A stretch of 64,000 nt of DNA from Camelus dromedarius (taxonomy: Eukaryota): NCBI RefSeq assembly GCF_036321535.1, contig NC_087437.1, positions 48,734,001-48,798,000 of the forward strand, given 5' to 3'. The notes under the pieces are model-generated. The model saw nothing but the letters and a program-made list of their open reading frames with translations. It made no database searches and was not told the origin of the DNA. Positions 13,131 through 24,858 of this stretch are shown one piece after another; the first letter of the stretch is position 1, and every line of letters begins with the position of its first letter. Both the position numbers and the translations under genes were made by a program.

Positions 13131-13349
13131 ATAACAATAATAATAAGTAGCTACCATTTACTTAGCATTTACTGCATGTAGATACTCTACCACATGCATA
13201 TGTGGATTATCTTGTTAAACCTTGCAGCCAAGCTGGTCTGCCTGTCACTCCCCTATGCATATGTATCTCAGGATCAGTCACTTGGAACATGAGATCCTCA
13301 GAAGGACAGAGCCATGGGCATGTAGGAAATTTAATAAATGCCAATTGAT

Positions 13350-14060
13350 AAACTAAAAATATCCCCTCCCAGCATGTGTATGAGGAAACAAGCACTCTTA
13401 CACACTGCTGGTGGAAGTACAACTTCCTGAAGGACAACTTGTCAACACGCAGCAGAACTCATTCCTAGAAATTTACCTTCAGGAAATAATTGAGAATTTA
13501 GACAAAGTAAAAACTGCAAGAATGTTCATCATAGTATTGTTTCTAACAACAATCTGAAATGTCAAACAATGTTGTCATAAAAGTAATGCTGTAGAAGGAT
13601 ATTTATTGAATGAAAAGATGTCCATGACAAATTTTCAAAAATCAATATAAAAGCAGAATATATAGAATAGCCTCAATAATTTTATTTTACATGGGCATAT
13701 ATACAAATATATTTATATCGTTATATAAATGTAAAATATGCATATATTTAAAATGTGCGTAATATATCTATAGATGTGTATGTTTTATTTTCTGTATATG
13801 TTTAAGTATATATATGAAATACATAATATAAATATATAATATAAATAAAATCTAGTATATACTGACTATATGTAAATATATATATTTTATGTATATATAC
13901 ACACACACTTAAATGAAACAATAGAAGGATATACAATAAAATTTATAGTGATTTCTCTGGCCAAGAATTTGAGGGTTGGATAATCTTTCTTTTGGTTTAT
14001 CCCTCTTTTTGAATTGTTCTACAGAAAGCTCATATTATTTTTATAAATAAAACAAAAATG
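13350..14060 (+). mobile_element. Ancient L1ME 3' fragment with AT low-complexity decay
   Basis: gaggaaacaagcactcttacacactgctggtgg, gcaagaatgttcatcatagtattgttt. Confidence 0.55.
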
Positions 14061-15570
14061 AGCTTAAAATGCCATTAACTGATGTCAATTAATAATTTAA
14101 TCACATTTTAACTTACCACGCTTAGAATAAGATCTCAAGGTGTTGACCTACACTCAACATAAAATTACTTGGTACTTATATAGCAGTGATATCTCTGAAA
14201 GTTGTGGTAAATTTTTACACTTTTGAACAATGTTTTTATGGAGGTTATTTACATATTCAAGTTATCTCCCATTTCAATGAGGCTGAATAATCCAAAAAAG
14301 GGAAGTTCCCAGTCTGCCACTTACCAATAATTTGAGCTTCAGTAAGTCATTTATCATCTCTGATCCTCAGATTGATTATCTATAAAAAAAGAAATAATAA
14401 CTTCTCTTACAAGTTCTTGTATGGATTGAATGAATGTACCTGTGCATACTTTATAAAACTTTATACTAATATTCAGTGGAATTTTAACTAAGGTTAGATA
14501 TTAGTTCTTTAAGTTCTCCTTTTGGGAATCTTCTAATTTTTAAGAATGTCCAGAAGACTGACATCTTTATAAATCACCAAGTTATGTGCAGTATGCTTGT
14601 TGTTATTCAATTGTATGCAATCTATGAGGCATTGCCAAGCCAGGACAACTCTGTTGTTCTCATTAATAGGTTTCACCACTGTTCTTACAGATTTGATGAT
14701 CTACCATAAATAAGGAATTGACCTTGCTAGCTGAAAGCTTCTGTGACTGAATGAAACATCTTAATCCATTGAACTGTCCCTCTACAGCAGGATGCTAAGC
14801 CTGACAAAACAGCCAGTAATAATGCTCGTGTTAATTTTAACTCCCTGGGTTTTTTTGTAACCATTTGTCGAAGGATGCAAGCTAAAGAGTTACTCTTCTC
14901 TCTAGTACAGTCAAAAAGTTGGTGATTTCACTCATTGGAATTCCTTTTCCATTCCAGCTCCTTATGCCCTCTCTAATCTGAGAAACCAGTTTTAAACATG
15001 CTGACCATGAGATTTGATTTAACCCCCCATTTCATCTTCTGAGTTCTATCTCTGTCTCTTATGGCTTCATTAGACACCTGTCTCCTGTACATTATTGGAA
15101 GCCACAATGTAATATGACATTAGAGTCTTTAGTTATAGAAAAGTGTTTTCTTTAAAATAACAAATCTTTTTACTTTTTACAAGCAGAGTCCTTTCCTCAG
15201 GTCAGCTTTTGATAAATACTTGTAAAATCATATTGGCAATGCTGGTAAGCATATTCACTTGGAGAAACTAAGGAGATCCTAATTTTGGAATCTTGCAATC
15301 TTTTGGCATGTCTGAATTTGAAAGATGATCTGGGTGGTGAACTTATAACAGTGTGTTCTAATCTTCTTTGGGTCTATGACACCATTATGAACGTATCAGG
15401 GCACATCTGAAGGATGTTTCCCTTCCCTATCCTGCCAGTCCTCCACCAGCTCAGACACCTGTTTTGGTATACTATTTTCTACCCTTGCTTACCATGGTGA
15501 ATAATGGAAAAGCAACTGCAAAGGGAAGTTGAACTCAAAGTGATCTTTGTCCTTTAAACTATATTTCAAC

Positions 15571-15606
15571 ACACAGTAGTACATCAACTACACTTGAATT
15601 AAAAAA
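15571..15606 (+). mobile_element. Extremely 5'-truncated L1 3' tip with poly(A)
   Basis: acacagtagtacatcaactacacttgaatt(A)n flanked by direct repeat tatatttcaac (15560-15570 / 15611-15621). Confidence 0.6.
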
Positions 15607-16064
15607 AAAGTATATTTCAACTGTCATAGCATCCAATGCCTTTTATTCTAATTGCTTACTTAATTGTAATTTGTTGTATTTGCTTTCCCTTTGGAGCACA
15701 AGTTCTGGTGCTGTTTACCCACTATTTAACACAGTGCTTATTACAAAGTAAGTGCTGAATGATAATATATTAAATGAATGGATCACCTCTTCCAATCCTG
15801 ATTCCCATTTTCAACAATGAAATTAACCAGTCAAGAGGGAGGTCATCAAGAGGGGAGAAATGTGAGTCAATCCAAGAAAATACAGTCCACAGGTGCTAGG
15901 CAAAGTTTGCTCTCTGGAATGTGAATCAATCCCCAGTGTCACCCACAATAAAGATGTTTCTACAGTGATGAATGGGTGACACTCAAGTAAAATGTTAAAA
16001 TAAGTTATGTTGAATCAATGGCAAGGAAGCTGTCACACTTTGTTATTTTAACATCAAATAGGTG

Positions 16065-16186
16065 CCCCAATGTTCATAGCAGCACTATTTACAATACCTA
16101 AGACATGGAAACATCCCAAATGTCCATCAACAGATAACTGGCTAAAGAAAATGTGGGGGGGGTGTGTGTGTAAAATGAATATATGT

Positions 16187-16275
<89 letters not shown>

Positions 16276-16545
16276 GGAATACTACTCAGCCATAGAAGAG
16301 AATAAAATAATGCCATTTGGAGCAACAAGGATGGACCTGGGGATCATCATCCTAAGTGAAGTGAGCCAGAAAGAGCAAGAAAAATGCCATATGATATTGC
16401 TTATACGTGGAATCTTAAAAAAAAAAAGAGAGAGAGAGAGAGAGACAAATGAACTTATCTACAAAACAGACTCACAGACATAGAGAACAAACTTATGGTT
16501 ACCATGGGTAAAGGGGTGGGAAGGGATAAATTGGGAATTCTAAAA
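16065..16545 (+). mobile_element. Younger L1 ORF2 C-terminus/3' UTR fragment, 3'-truncated
   Basis: ORF 16070-16483 MFIAALFTIPKTWKHPKCPSTDNWLKKMW...MEYYSAI is the L1 ORF2 tail. Stops before the terminal ~200 bp present in the copy at 54.5-54.7 kb. Confidence 0.9.
16187..16272. repeat. Compound microsatellite (AC)n(AT)n
   Basis: About 11 AC units followed by about 32 uninterrupted AT units, inside the L1. Confidence 0.97.
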
Positions 16546-18912
16546 TTACAGCTTTTTCTCATTCAGGACTTCGAATGTATCTTGCCATTCCCTTCTGGCC
16601 AGGAGTGTTTGTGTAGAGAAATCAGCTGAAGGCCTTATGGGGGTTCTCTTGTAACTATCTCTTTGTTTTCCTCTTGCTGCCTTTAGAATAATTTCTTTAT
16701 CTTTAACTTTGGCCATCTCAATTATAATATGTCTTGGTATAGGTCTGTTTGGGTTCTTCTTGTTTAGGATGTTTAGGACCCTCCATGCTTCCTGTACTTG
16801 GATATCTGTTTCCTTCTTGAGGCTTGGAAAGTTTTCAGTCATGATTTCCTCAAATACCTTTTCAATCCCCTTTTCTCTTTCTTCTCCTTCTGGGACCCCT
16901 ATTATGCATAGGTTGGCACAATTTACTTTATCCCATAGGTCCCTTATATTTCTTTCATTGGTTTTTACTTGCTTTTCTCTCTGCTGTTTTGATTGGGTGA
17001 CATCTGTTATCCTGTCTTCTAAGTCACTTATTCGTTCCTCTGCATTATCTGGTCAGCTTTTAGCTTGGCTCTTATCTCAGCCATTGAGTTTTCTGTTTTT
17101 AACTGACTCTTCTTTATAGTTTCTATTTCCTTTATATAGTATTCTCTGTATTCATAGTCTCTCTTATTCCTTCAGTGCTTTAATCATCCCCTTTTTGAAG
17201 TTATGATCTAGCAGATTGTCGAGTTCTATCTCATTGTTCGTTCTTTCGGGAGACTTCTCTTGTTCTTTTAATTGGGAGTGGTCCCCCTGCTTCATTTTAC
17301 TTATATTTCTCTGGCTGAATGGATTTAGGAGTATCAGTTATCTACTGTGGTCTTGAAGGGCTGGCTTTTTATTTGCTTGTTTGTTTGTTTTGATTTAAAG
17401 TGGGAGTGTTCCTGTGTAGACTGGGTGCCTCTAATAGTTCTGTTGTGAGGGCTGTTCTTAGTATGGATGGTTGCCACACCTTTCTTCCGTGTGTTGGCTG
17501 TTGTCACTTTGACTGAGTGGTTGGTGCTGTGGTGATTAGAGCCTGCCTTGACTGTTGTTGTTGAGCGGGGACTCCTTTTTTGTTCTGTGGTTGTCACAGC
17601 CTTGACAGGGGCCAGGTCTGCTCCCCTATTGCTGGAATAGAGGCTTCTAGACCCATTTCTGAGCTGTGGTGTGTGGTAGGCAGGGTTGGAGCGCTTCACC
17701 TGGGAAGAAGTGTCACTGACTATACCTCCGCAGGAGATGTTCTCTGGTAAGTGCCCTCTGTGGTATTGTCTGTCACTTGTTATGTGGGCTTACAAAGTAA
17801 TCTTTATTGACGCTGCCTTTGTCCCTGCCTTAGCTGTGAGAATGTTGGCCACCCACTTTGGTGTCTCCCCAGGTTCTGGGCCCCAGGAACCACTCGCACA
17901 AATCTGCCAGTGTCAGGTGCTAGGGCCCGCCATAGCAAGCATGCAGTCACACACCTGAATCTGTGGTGCACCACAGGGTCACTGCAGCCCCCAGCCCTGC
18001 CCCCGTGTGTGGTATGGTATGCCGGCCTGTTGTAAATACCTGTACTCACCCCTGCTGTGCGCCAGAACTCCACTCACTGCCTGTTTTTCTCAAAGGTGCG
18101 GGTCCACAAAGGGTCCAGAGTGAACAAATCCACCCTCTCTGCCTGGGGCTGTAAACAAATCTCAGTCCTGCCTGTGGAGTTGCAGAGCCCCTGGGTATGG
18201 ATTCAGCTTTCAGCCCAGCCTCCACACAGCCGGAGGCAGCTGCGGCAGCCACACGGCGGCTATGACCGAGCCCCACCTCTCTTCTCGCGAGAACATCACC
18301 AACCATGGAGCCAAGCGGAGGCAGCGGCTGCCTTGCGCTCATTCCTGCCACACACACCAGCAATGGTCCTTTTCGGGGGATCTCAGGCTGTTCTGTTCCA
18401 CACACACACACCCCCAGCCAGAGCTCACACTGCCCTCCAGTCCCCTGAGGCTGCCTCTGTGCAGTGGGCCCCAGCCCTCTGTGCGATCTCCTGCAGCCAG
18501 TCCTGGCTCATCCCTGCCTGCTCGCATCTAGGGCTGGGGATTGCAGGGACCCTCCATGCCAGTTTTTGTTAGTTCTGTCTGCCTAGCAGTTGCCACTTTC
18601 TTCGAGCCTCAGAGGCTCCGCTTTTGTCCCTGCTCACCTTCCCACTCAAGTGGGGGTGACCCAGCATAAGGGTGCTTTTCTTCCTTTGCCACTCCCTCCC
18701 TGTAGGACCAGTCCCACACTGATTTTTTCTTTTTTCTTTTTTTTCCCCTCTTACCAGATTTTGTGAGAATCCTGTATTTCAAAGTGAGAAATGCTCTGCC
18801 AGAGTTCAGTAAGTGTTCTGTGCGATTCAGTGGGTTTGTAGATGTAATTCTTGGTGTATTTGTGGGAGAGGGCAAGCTGTGTCTCCCTACTCTAACATCT
18901 TGGCACCTCCTC
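16546..18912 (-). mobile_element. L1 5' UTR plus disrupted ORF1 (3' part missing)
   Basis: ORF 16546-16842 ENFPSLKKETDIQVQEA...PRHIIIEMAKVKDKEIILKAARGKQ...IRPSADFS is L1 ORF1p. GC-rich 5' UTR ~17300-18912 begins ggaggtgccaagatg on the minus strand. Confidence 0.9.
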
Positions 18913-21110
18913 TACTATATTGTGATACTTAAAGTGAGTTTCTTGTAAGCATCACATAGTGTTTTTTATCCATTCTGACAATTTGTCTTTTAATTAGTGT
19001 GTTTAGACAACTTTCATTTACTGCCATTATAGGTATTTTTTTAGTTTAGATCTACCATGTTAATATTTGTGTTTTGGTTATTCTCTCTATATTTTATTCC
19101 TCTGTTCCCACTTTCCTACATTCTTTTGATTGTTTGAATTTTTTGTACTTTATTTTAATATACATATTGAGTTTTTTAATCATACACTTCGTGTAATTTT
19201 TAGTGGTTTCTCTAGGGGTTATAATACATATCCTTCAGTTTTCACATTCTACTTAGAATTAATATTTTACTACTTCAAGTGGAATGTAGAAACCTGATCA
19301 CCATACAGGTCCTTTTTCTCCTCCCATTTTTATATTGCAAGCAGCATATGTACTATGGATCTACATATATTGAGAACCCCATTGGACAATGTTATAATTT
19401 TTGCTTTCAACTGCCATATATATTTTAAAGAACTTAAGAAGACTACTCCATTATATTTACTTCAAAATTGACCACTTAGGTTTCAGGTTCCCCTCTGGTA
19501 TTATTTCTCCTCCATCTGAATAATTTCCTCCATTGTTTGTTTTAGGGCTGGTTGCTGATGATCAATTCCCTTAGTTTTCTTTCATCTGAGAACGTCTTTA
19601 TTTTACCTTCATTAATGGAAGAAATTTTCACTGGTTGCAGAATTCTGGATTCTTTTCTTTGTGCACTTTTAAAACATCATTACCACTTCCTTCGGCCTTA
19701 GTATTTTCTGATGAGAAATCCTCATCTATTCAAATGATTTTTTTTCCTTAAATGTAATGCTTCATTTTTCTCTAGATCCATTCAAGATTTTTTTGTCTTT
19801 AGTTTTCAGTAACTTAATTATCATGCATCTGGGCATGGATTTCTTTGCGCTTATCCCATTTATGGTTTCTGAGCTCTTGATTATATGTTTATATGTTTCG
19901 CCAAACATGGGAAGTTTTCAGCCATTAATTCTTTTTGTTTGTTTGTTTTTGTTTGGGGGATTTTTTTTTTTTTGTATTTTTATTCATTTCTTTTTTCTTT
20001 TTTTATTTCAGCCATTAATTCTTGAAAGGTTTTTCTATACCACATTCTTTCTGCTCTCTTTCTGGGATTCTGATAACATTGAAGTTAGACCTTTTGGTAT
20101 TGTCCTATAGATTCCTGAAGCTCTGCTCATTTTTTAATCTTTTTTTAAAATTTTTGTTCAGACTGGACATTTGAATTGATCAGTTTGTCGTCTCTATATC
20201 TCTATTTTGCTATTGAGCCCATTTGGTGAATTTGTAAGTTTTCAACTTTCATATTTTTCAGTTCTAAAATGTTCATATGGTTTTCACTTGGTATCTTCTA
20301 TTTCTTTGCTGAGACTTTTTAGGTTCCCTCTTATTTCAGAATCATTCCTTGTCACTTCTTGCAGCATTGTTATAATAGCTACTTTAAAGTCTTTAATAAT
20401 TCCAACATATGCTTATCTTGGCATTTGTTGATTTCCTTCTCCCTTGTAAGTTGAGATTTTCCTGGTTTTTCATGTGCTGAATAATTTTGGACTTCATCCT
20501 GGACATTTAAAATACTATGGATGAGATTTTGGGTCTTCCTTAAATTCTAAGAAAAATATTGATATTTCTGTTGTAATAAACAGTCAACCTATTTAGGTAG
20601 CAAGCTCCAATCTTCTTTCTGTGAACTGTGGTTCCAATGTCAATTTAATTTTCAAAGTCTTTGCAGTACTACCCTAAGCAATCCCATATGTGCCCCTCCC
20701 ACAGCCAACATGGGACCTGGGCAGTGGTCTACTCCATGGTTCAGTTCTCAAAGCCTTTGATACTCTTTGTTGGGTTAGATAAATGTATCACAGCCCAGAG
20801 ATGAGCCCAGGAATTCATACAGCACTTTATGGGATCACTATTCAGCTCCCTTCTTCCCACAGTCTCTGTGGCACTGTCCAGCTCCCTGTGGTCTTTCTTT
20901 CTGGTCCTCTGTCCAGAAAGCTAGGGTTTTAGTTTCCTCAATCTCTCAAGCACTTCCCAGGACTACCCCTGTATCTGGAACCAAGCAGCAGGAGAACAGA
21001 GAAAGAAAAAAATGCAATGGAGATTTACCCTCAGTCTTGGACCATGTTCCCCCTAGTCAAAGGGGATTTCTCTCTCTCAGTGTTTTAGGCACCAGCCTAT
21101 CCACCACTAT
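18913..21110 (-). mobile_element. Older L1M 5' region, ORF1 and start of ORF2
   Basis: Antisense L1 text aaagtgagtttcttgtaagc, tccattctgacaatttgtc, ttcatctgagaacgtctttatttt, tctgatgagaaatc, gggaagttttcagccatta. Confidence 0.8.
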
Positions 21111-21914
21111 CTAATGTAAGAGTAAATTGATTCTGAGCAAGGGCCTCTTTAAGAATGAATGAGTTTTAATAAAAAGGAATTTGTGCCATATCTTCAGTTG
21201 TATAAGAGCCCTATTTATTTTGGTTGCAATTGCAGGCAGGTTGCAATTCTATTATGGATAATCAAAATGTCCAAATAAGTTTTCTATAATAATAGGAATT
21301 ACTTTTATAATTACAAATAATAAATATTATTTAAAAATAAATTAGCTGAACAGATTATTAATAGGCTTCTCCTGAATCTGTGACACTGGGTTAATGTGAC
21401 AGCTAAAGTCATGGCATATACCCCAGCTGTTTCTACACGGACACCTGACCTTCCACAGCCTGGAGCAACACATGGTTGAGCTCCAGTCAAAGCAAGGGAA
21501 TCAAAGGAACCATCTAACTTTGGGAAATTCCATGTCCTTTTTGTTGCTACATTATTGTGGCTGTTCACAGTGAGCGATAAAAGGTCAGGACTTTAGCTTT
21601 AAATAAACTAACATGGACCAATCAAGATAAATACAGTCCTAAACTCATTTGCATGACTGAGTCTCTAGTCAATTTTTCCAAACGGAAGATGTCCTTGAGG
21701 GGAGTCTGGCATGAGCAGGAAAATATTATCGTAAAATTCATGTTTGACTGATTCCTCTTTCCTATTCATGGTTGAAGTTCAATGAGTCAGAGATAGGTAA
21801 ACAGTTAATGATTTGATCTTAAGGAGATTGAATAAAAGTCCACATTTTGAGAAGGAAGAATATAATATCAAAATTTTTTTCATCCCTTTAATAAATTAGC
21901 CTTATTCAATTTCT

Positions 21915-22235
21915 TTTATCAATGTTTTATAGTTTTCAGAGTATAAGTAACTTCTTTGGTGAAGTTTATTTCTAGGTATTTTGGTTTTGATGCAGTGGAA
22001 ATGTTTATGCCAGTTATAAAATTCCGGTTTTTGAAGTAGGGGAAAAAAGTGAATGAAGGGCTACAAATGGCAAAATATTCTTCTTTCTTATGACTGAGGT
22101 GTATTCCATTACAAATATATGCTGCATCTTCTTTATCCATTCATCTATTGATGTGCACTTAGGATGCTTCCATGTATTGGCAATTATAAAGAAAGTTGCT
22201 GTTAATAGCAGGGTGTACGTATCTTTTTGAATTAA
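21915..22235 (-). mobile_element. L1 ORF2/3' fragments
   Basis: atcaatgttttatagttttcagagtataag; tctttatccattcatctattgatg...ttccatgtattggcaattat. Confidence 0.75.
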
Positions 22236-22699
22236 TTCTTATTTTGTGGTTGGCTTTATTCCTTTGATAACTATGTAAGTTTAAAAAGCTAAAGCTCTAA
22301 ACCATCTTAGAAACAATGAACAGTACATATATGTAAATTTTAAAAATATGTGCAGTATATTGTGTATACGTATTTACATGCAATATATTGCATATGTGCA
22401 GCCAAACTGTAACAATTCTACCTAATAAAACTGAAAACTGAAAAAAAAAAAAAAAGAAAGAATAAGCTTTAATTAAAAACCATGAATCAAATCACTGGAC
22501 TTGATAGTAACTGTTTTTTCTTTTTTTTTCCCCAAACACTTTGATACAAGGCTCTGAGTTGAGGAGAAATTTAAAAGACAGAATATTTATCATCTAAGGC
22601 AATAAATTAAAATATTCAGTCAATTCTGTCTCTGCCACAGAAGTGGTATTGTCGTCTCAGATTTTAAGTAATATCAACTGAAATAATATATGTGAAAAG

Positions 22700-22895
22700 T
22701 GACTGAACTATTGGGACAGAAAGCATGTCAGTGTTTGCCAGGGGCTGGGGTTTGGGGAAGGAGGTAACATTAAGGGGCACAGGGAAATTTCTGGAGTGAT
22801 AGAACTGTTCCATAATTTATTTATGGTGTACTTGTATGCATTTGTCAAAACTTGCAGCGTGACTATTACTGTACTTAATTTACCTTTAATAAAAA
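22700..22895 (+). mobile_element. Old L1 (MB/ME) 3' end
   Basis: acagaaagcatgtcagtgtttgccaggggctgggg...ggagtgatagaactgttc...catttgtcaaaact. Confidence 0.7.
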
Positions 22896-23529
22896 TATTT
22901 TAAGTGCCTGGCATATAGTAGGTAGTCAACAAGAGAAATACAGAAATTAATTTTTGGTTTAGATGATATATTATGTTCTAGAAAATAGAATCAATGTGAG
23001 ACCAGTGAGTAAATTTCATACTCATATCTTGAAAGACAACATGATCAGTTTCACTAGAGTTTGGATGTATATAAACCTTATTTCTATCCTTCCCCATTGA
23101 TAAGATATAGAAATAGAGTCTTAAAAGGGTGGTGGCCAAGCAGGCCCTACGAGGTCTATCTCCAGTTTGGAGGTAGAAAAAGGAATTTTTCAAGTAAAAG
23201 GACTCAGCATGAGTGTATTTAAAATGGGACTTTTAAAATTGAGGGCAGAGAGCTACACTGTCATGATAACATTTTGGGTCACAGTCACATTGGCCAGTTA
23301 CATTTGAATAAATGTAGCATAAGATTTTCCCACACATTCTTGGCCACTTTGAAGGACATGTTTTCACAGATATATGACCATGAAGGGGGCAAAATGAGAC
23401 ATATGGCAGTCACTGAAGGGGACAGTAGTAAAATAGGATCAATGAACAATTTCACAAGCTAAAGTTATTAGAACATTGTAGGTTTATTCACTGCTACTAA
23501 TGGTGAAAAGTTAACGTTTCTTCTGTTCT

Positions 23530-23760
23530 TATGCATAATGTCAGGAAATTTGCTAAGTAGTTTAACATTTAATGTTATTACATAGAATAATCTATTACTA
23601 TAGGTATTATTATTGCTCTACTTTACAGAGGGGAAAACTGAGGCTAAGAGTTTCCATTACTTGTCCAAAGTCACAGAGTAAGTAAGTGTGGCAGGGCTGG
23701 GATTTGAATTCAGTCTCTCCTATTCTAAACTTCCTACTTCTAATCCATGTCCTACAATGA
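23530..23760 (-). mobile_element. MIR SINE
   Basis: Core ctttacagaggggaaaactgaggct...acttgtccaaagtcacag...gctgggatttgaattcag. Confidence 0.8.
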
Positions 23761-24634
23761 CTGCTGAGTGGAAATGCTTTTGATTAGCTCTTCTGACAGT
23801 GATGTAATATTTACTGAAGAAAATTATTTCTTTCTGTTATAAATTTGTGTATTGTAGAAAGACCTTTTGAAGGAGGACAGATGGATTGAAAATTCAAGAT
23901 ATTCTAGGTTTTTAAGTAAGCGCCCAAGAGCTTACATCTTTAATCTGAGACTTAAATATGGCTTTTTTTTTTTTCCAAAAAGAAAATAACAAAACATTGT
24001 CAAGATTGGCAGCATTCCACTGAGGATCCTAGGGACTGCATTTCCAACATTAATGCAGGGCACTCTGACCTTGCCCTGAAACACCGGACAGGGCAGCAAC
24101 CAAGGGCTGCAAAGAGGCACCTTGTAAAAATGGAATGGAACAAGCCAGAGTCTTGAAAGAGAGCTAAGCAAATACTGAGGTCAAAAACCCTATGTAAGTG
24201 TTGTTCCAAAGTCAATCCAACATCTGGAAATCAAATTCTCTATTACTTAAGACTGACAATGACCCTACACTTTTTGAAGCCAATTCATGCCATAATCAGC
24301 ACCAAAGGATGCAGAGTTTCATTATTTGATGTTTCAGCTTTGATGAAAGAAAAATTCTGAGGAATCAGGGGTTCTTTCCTTTGTTCAGAAGAAATCAGAG
24401 TTCATTTCAGGAACTGTACTTTCTCTATTAAAGGGACTGTGTTGAATTTGAACACACTATGAATCACTCAGTAAAATTCTTTTCACCTTTCTGGAAGGTA
24501 GTAGAATACAGTCTACAGTTATTTTATCTTTCTGATAACACACAAAATTTATTATTTATACCACATGCTTCAGCTCTAGGATATATGCAGCTTAAACTCT
24601 TCTTTAATTTTCCTGTCTTTGTCTGGTTTTCTTA

Positions 24635-24858
24635 TTTTACTTTATTTTATCTAAAAAAATTTGTTTATTGAGGTATAGTCAGTTTACAATGTTGTGTCAG
24701 TTTCTGGTGTACAATTCTTCAGTCACACATGAATACATTTATACTCATTTTCATATTCTTTTTCACCATAAGCTACTACAGGATACTGAATATATTTCCT
24801 TGTGCTATACAGTATGAACTTGTTATATACTCTATACGTACCAGTCAGTATCTGCCAA
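24635..24858 (-). mobile_element. 5'-truncated young L1 3' end
   Basis: Reverse complement of the L1 3' end seen at 54.5-54.7 kb; perfect 16-bp TSD ttgtctggttttctta (24619-24634 / 24859-24874). Confidence 0.9.

Noticed and set aside
16070..16483. 137-aa ORF with HT/IY repeats
   Set aside because: L1 tail read through a microsatellite.
17334..18948. Cluster of overlapping ORFs up to 171 aa
   Set aside because: Expected from the GC-rich L1 5' UTR; no recognisable protein.
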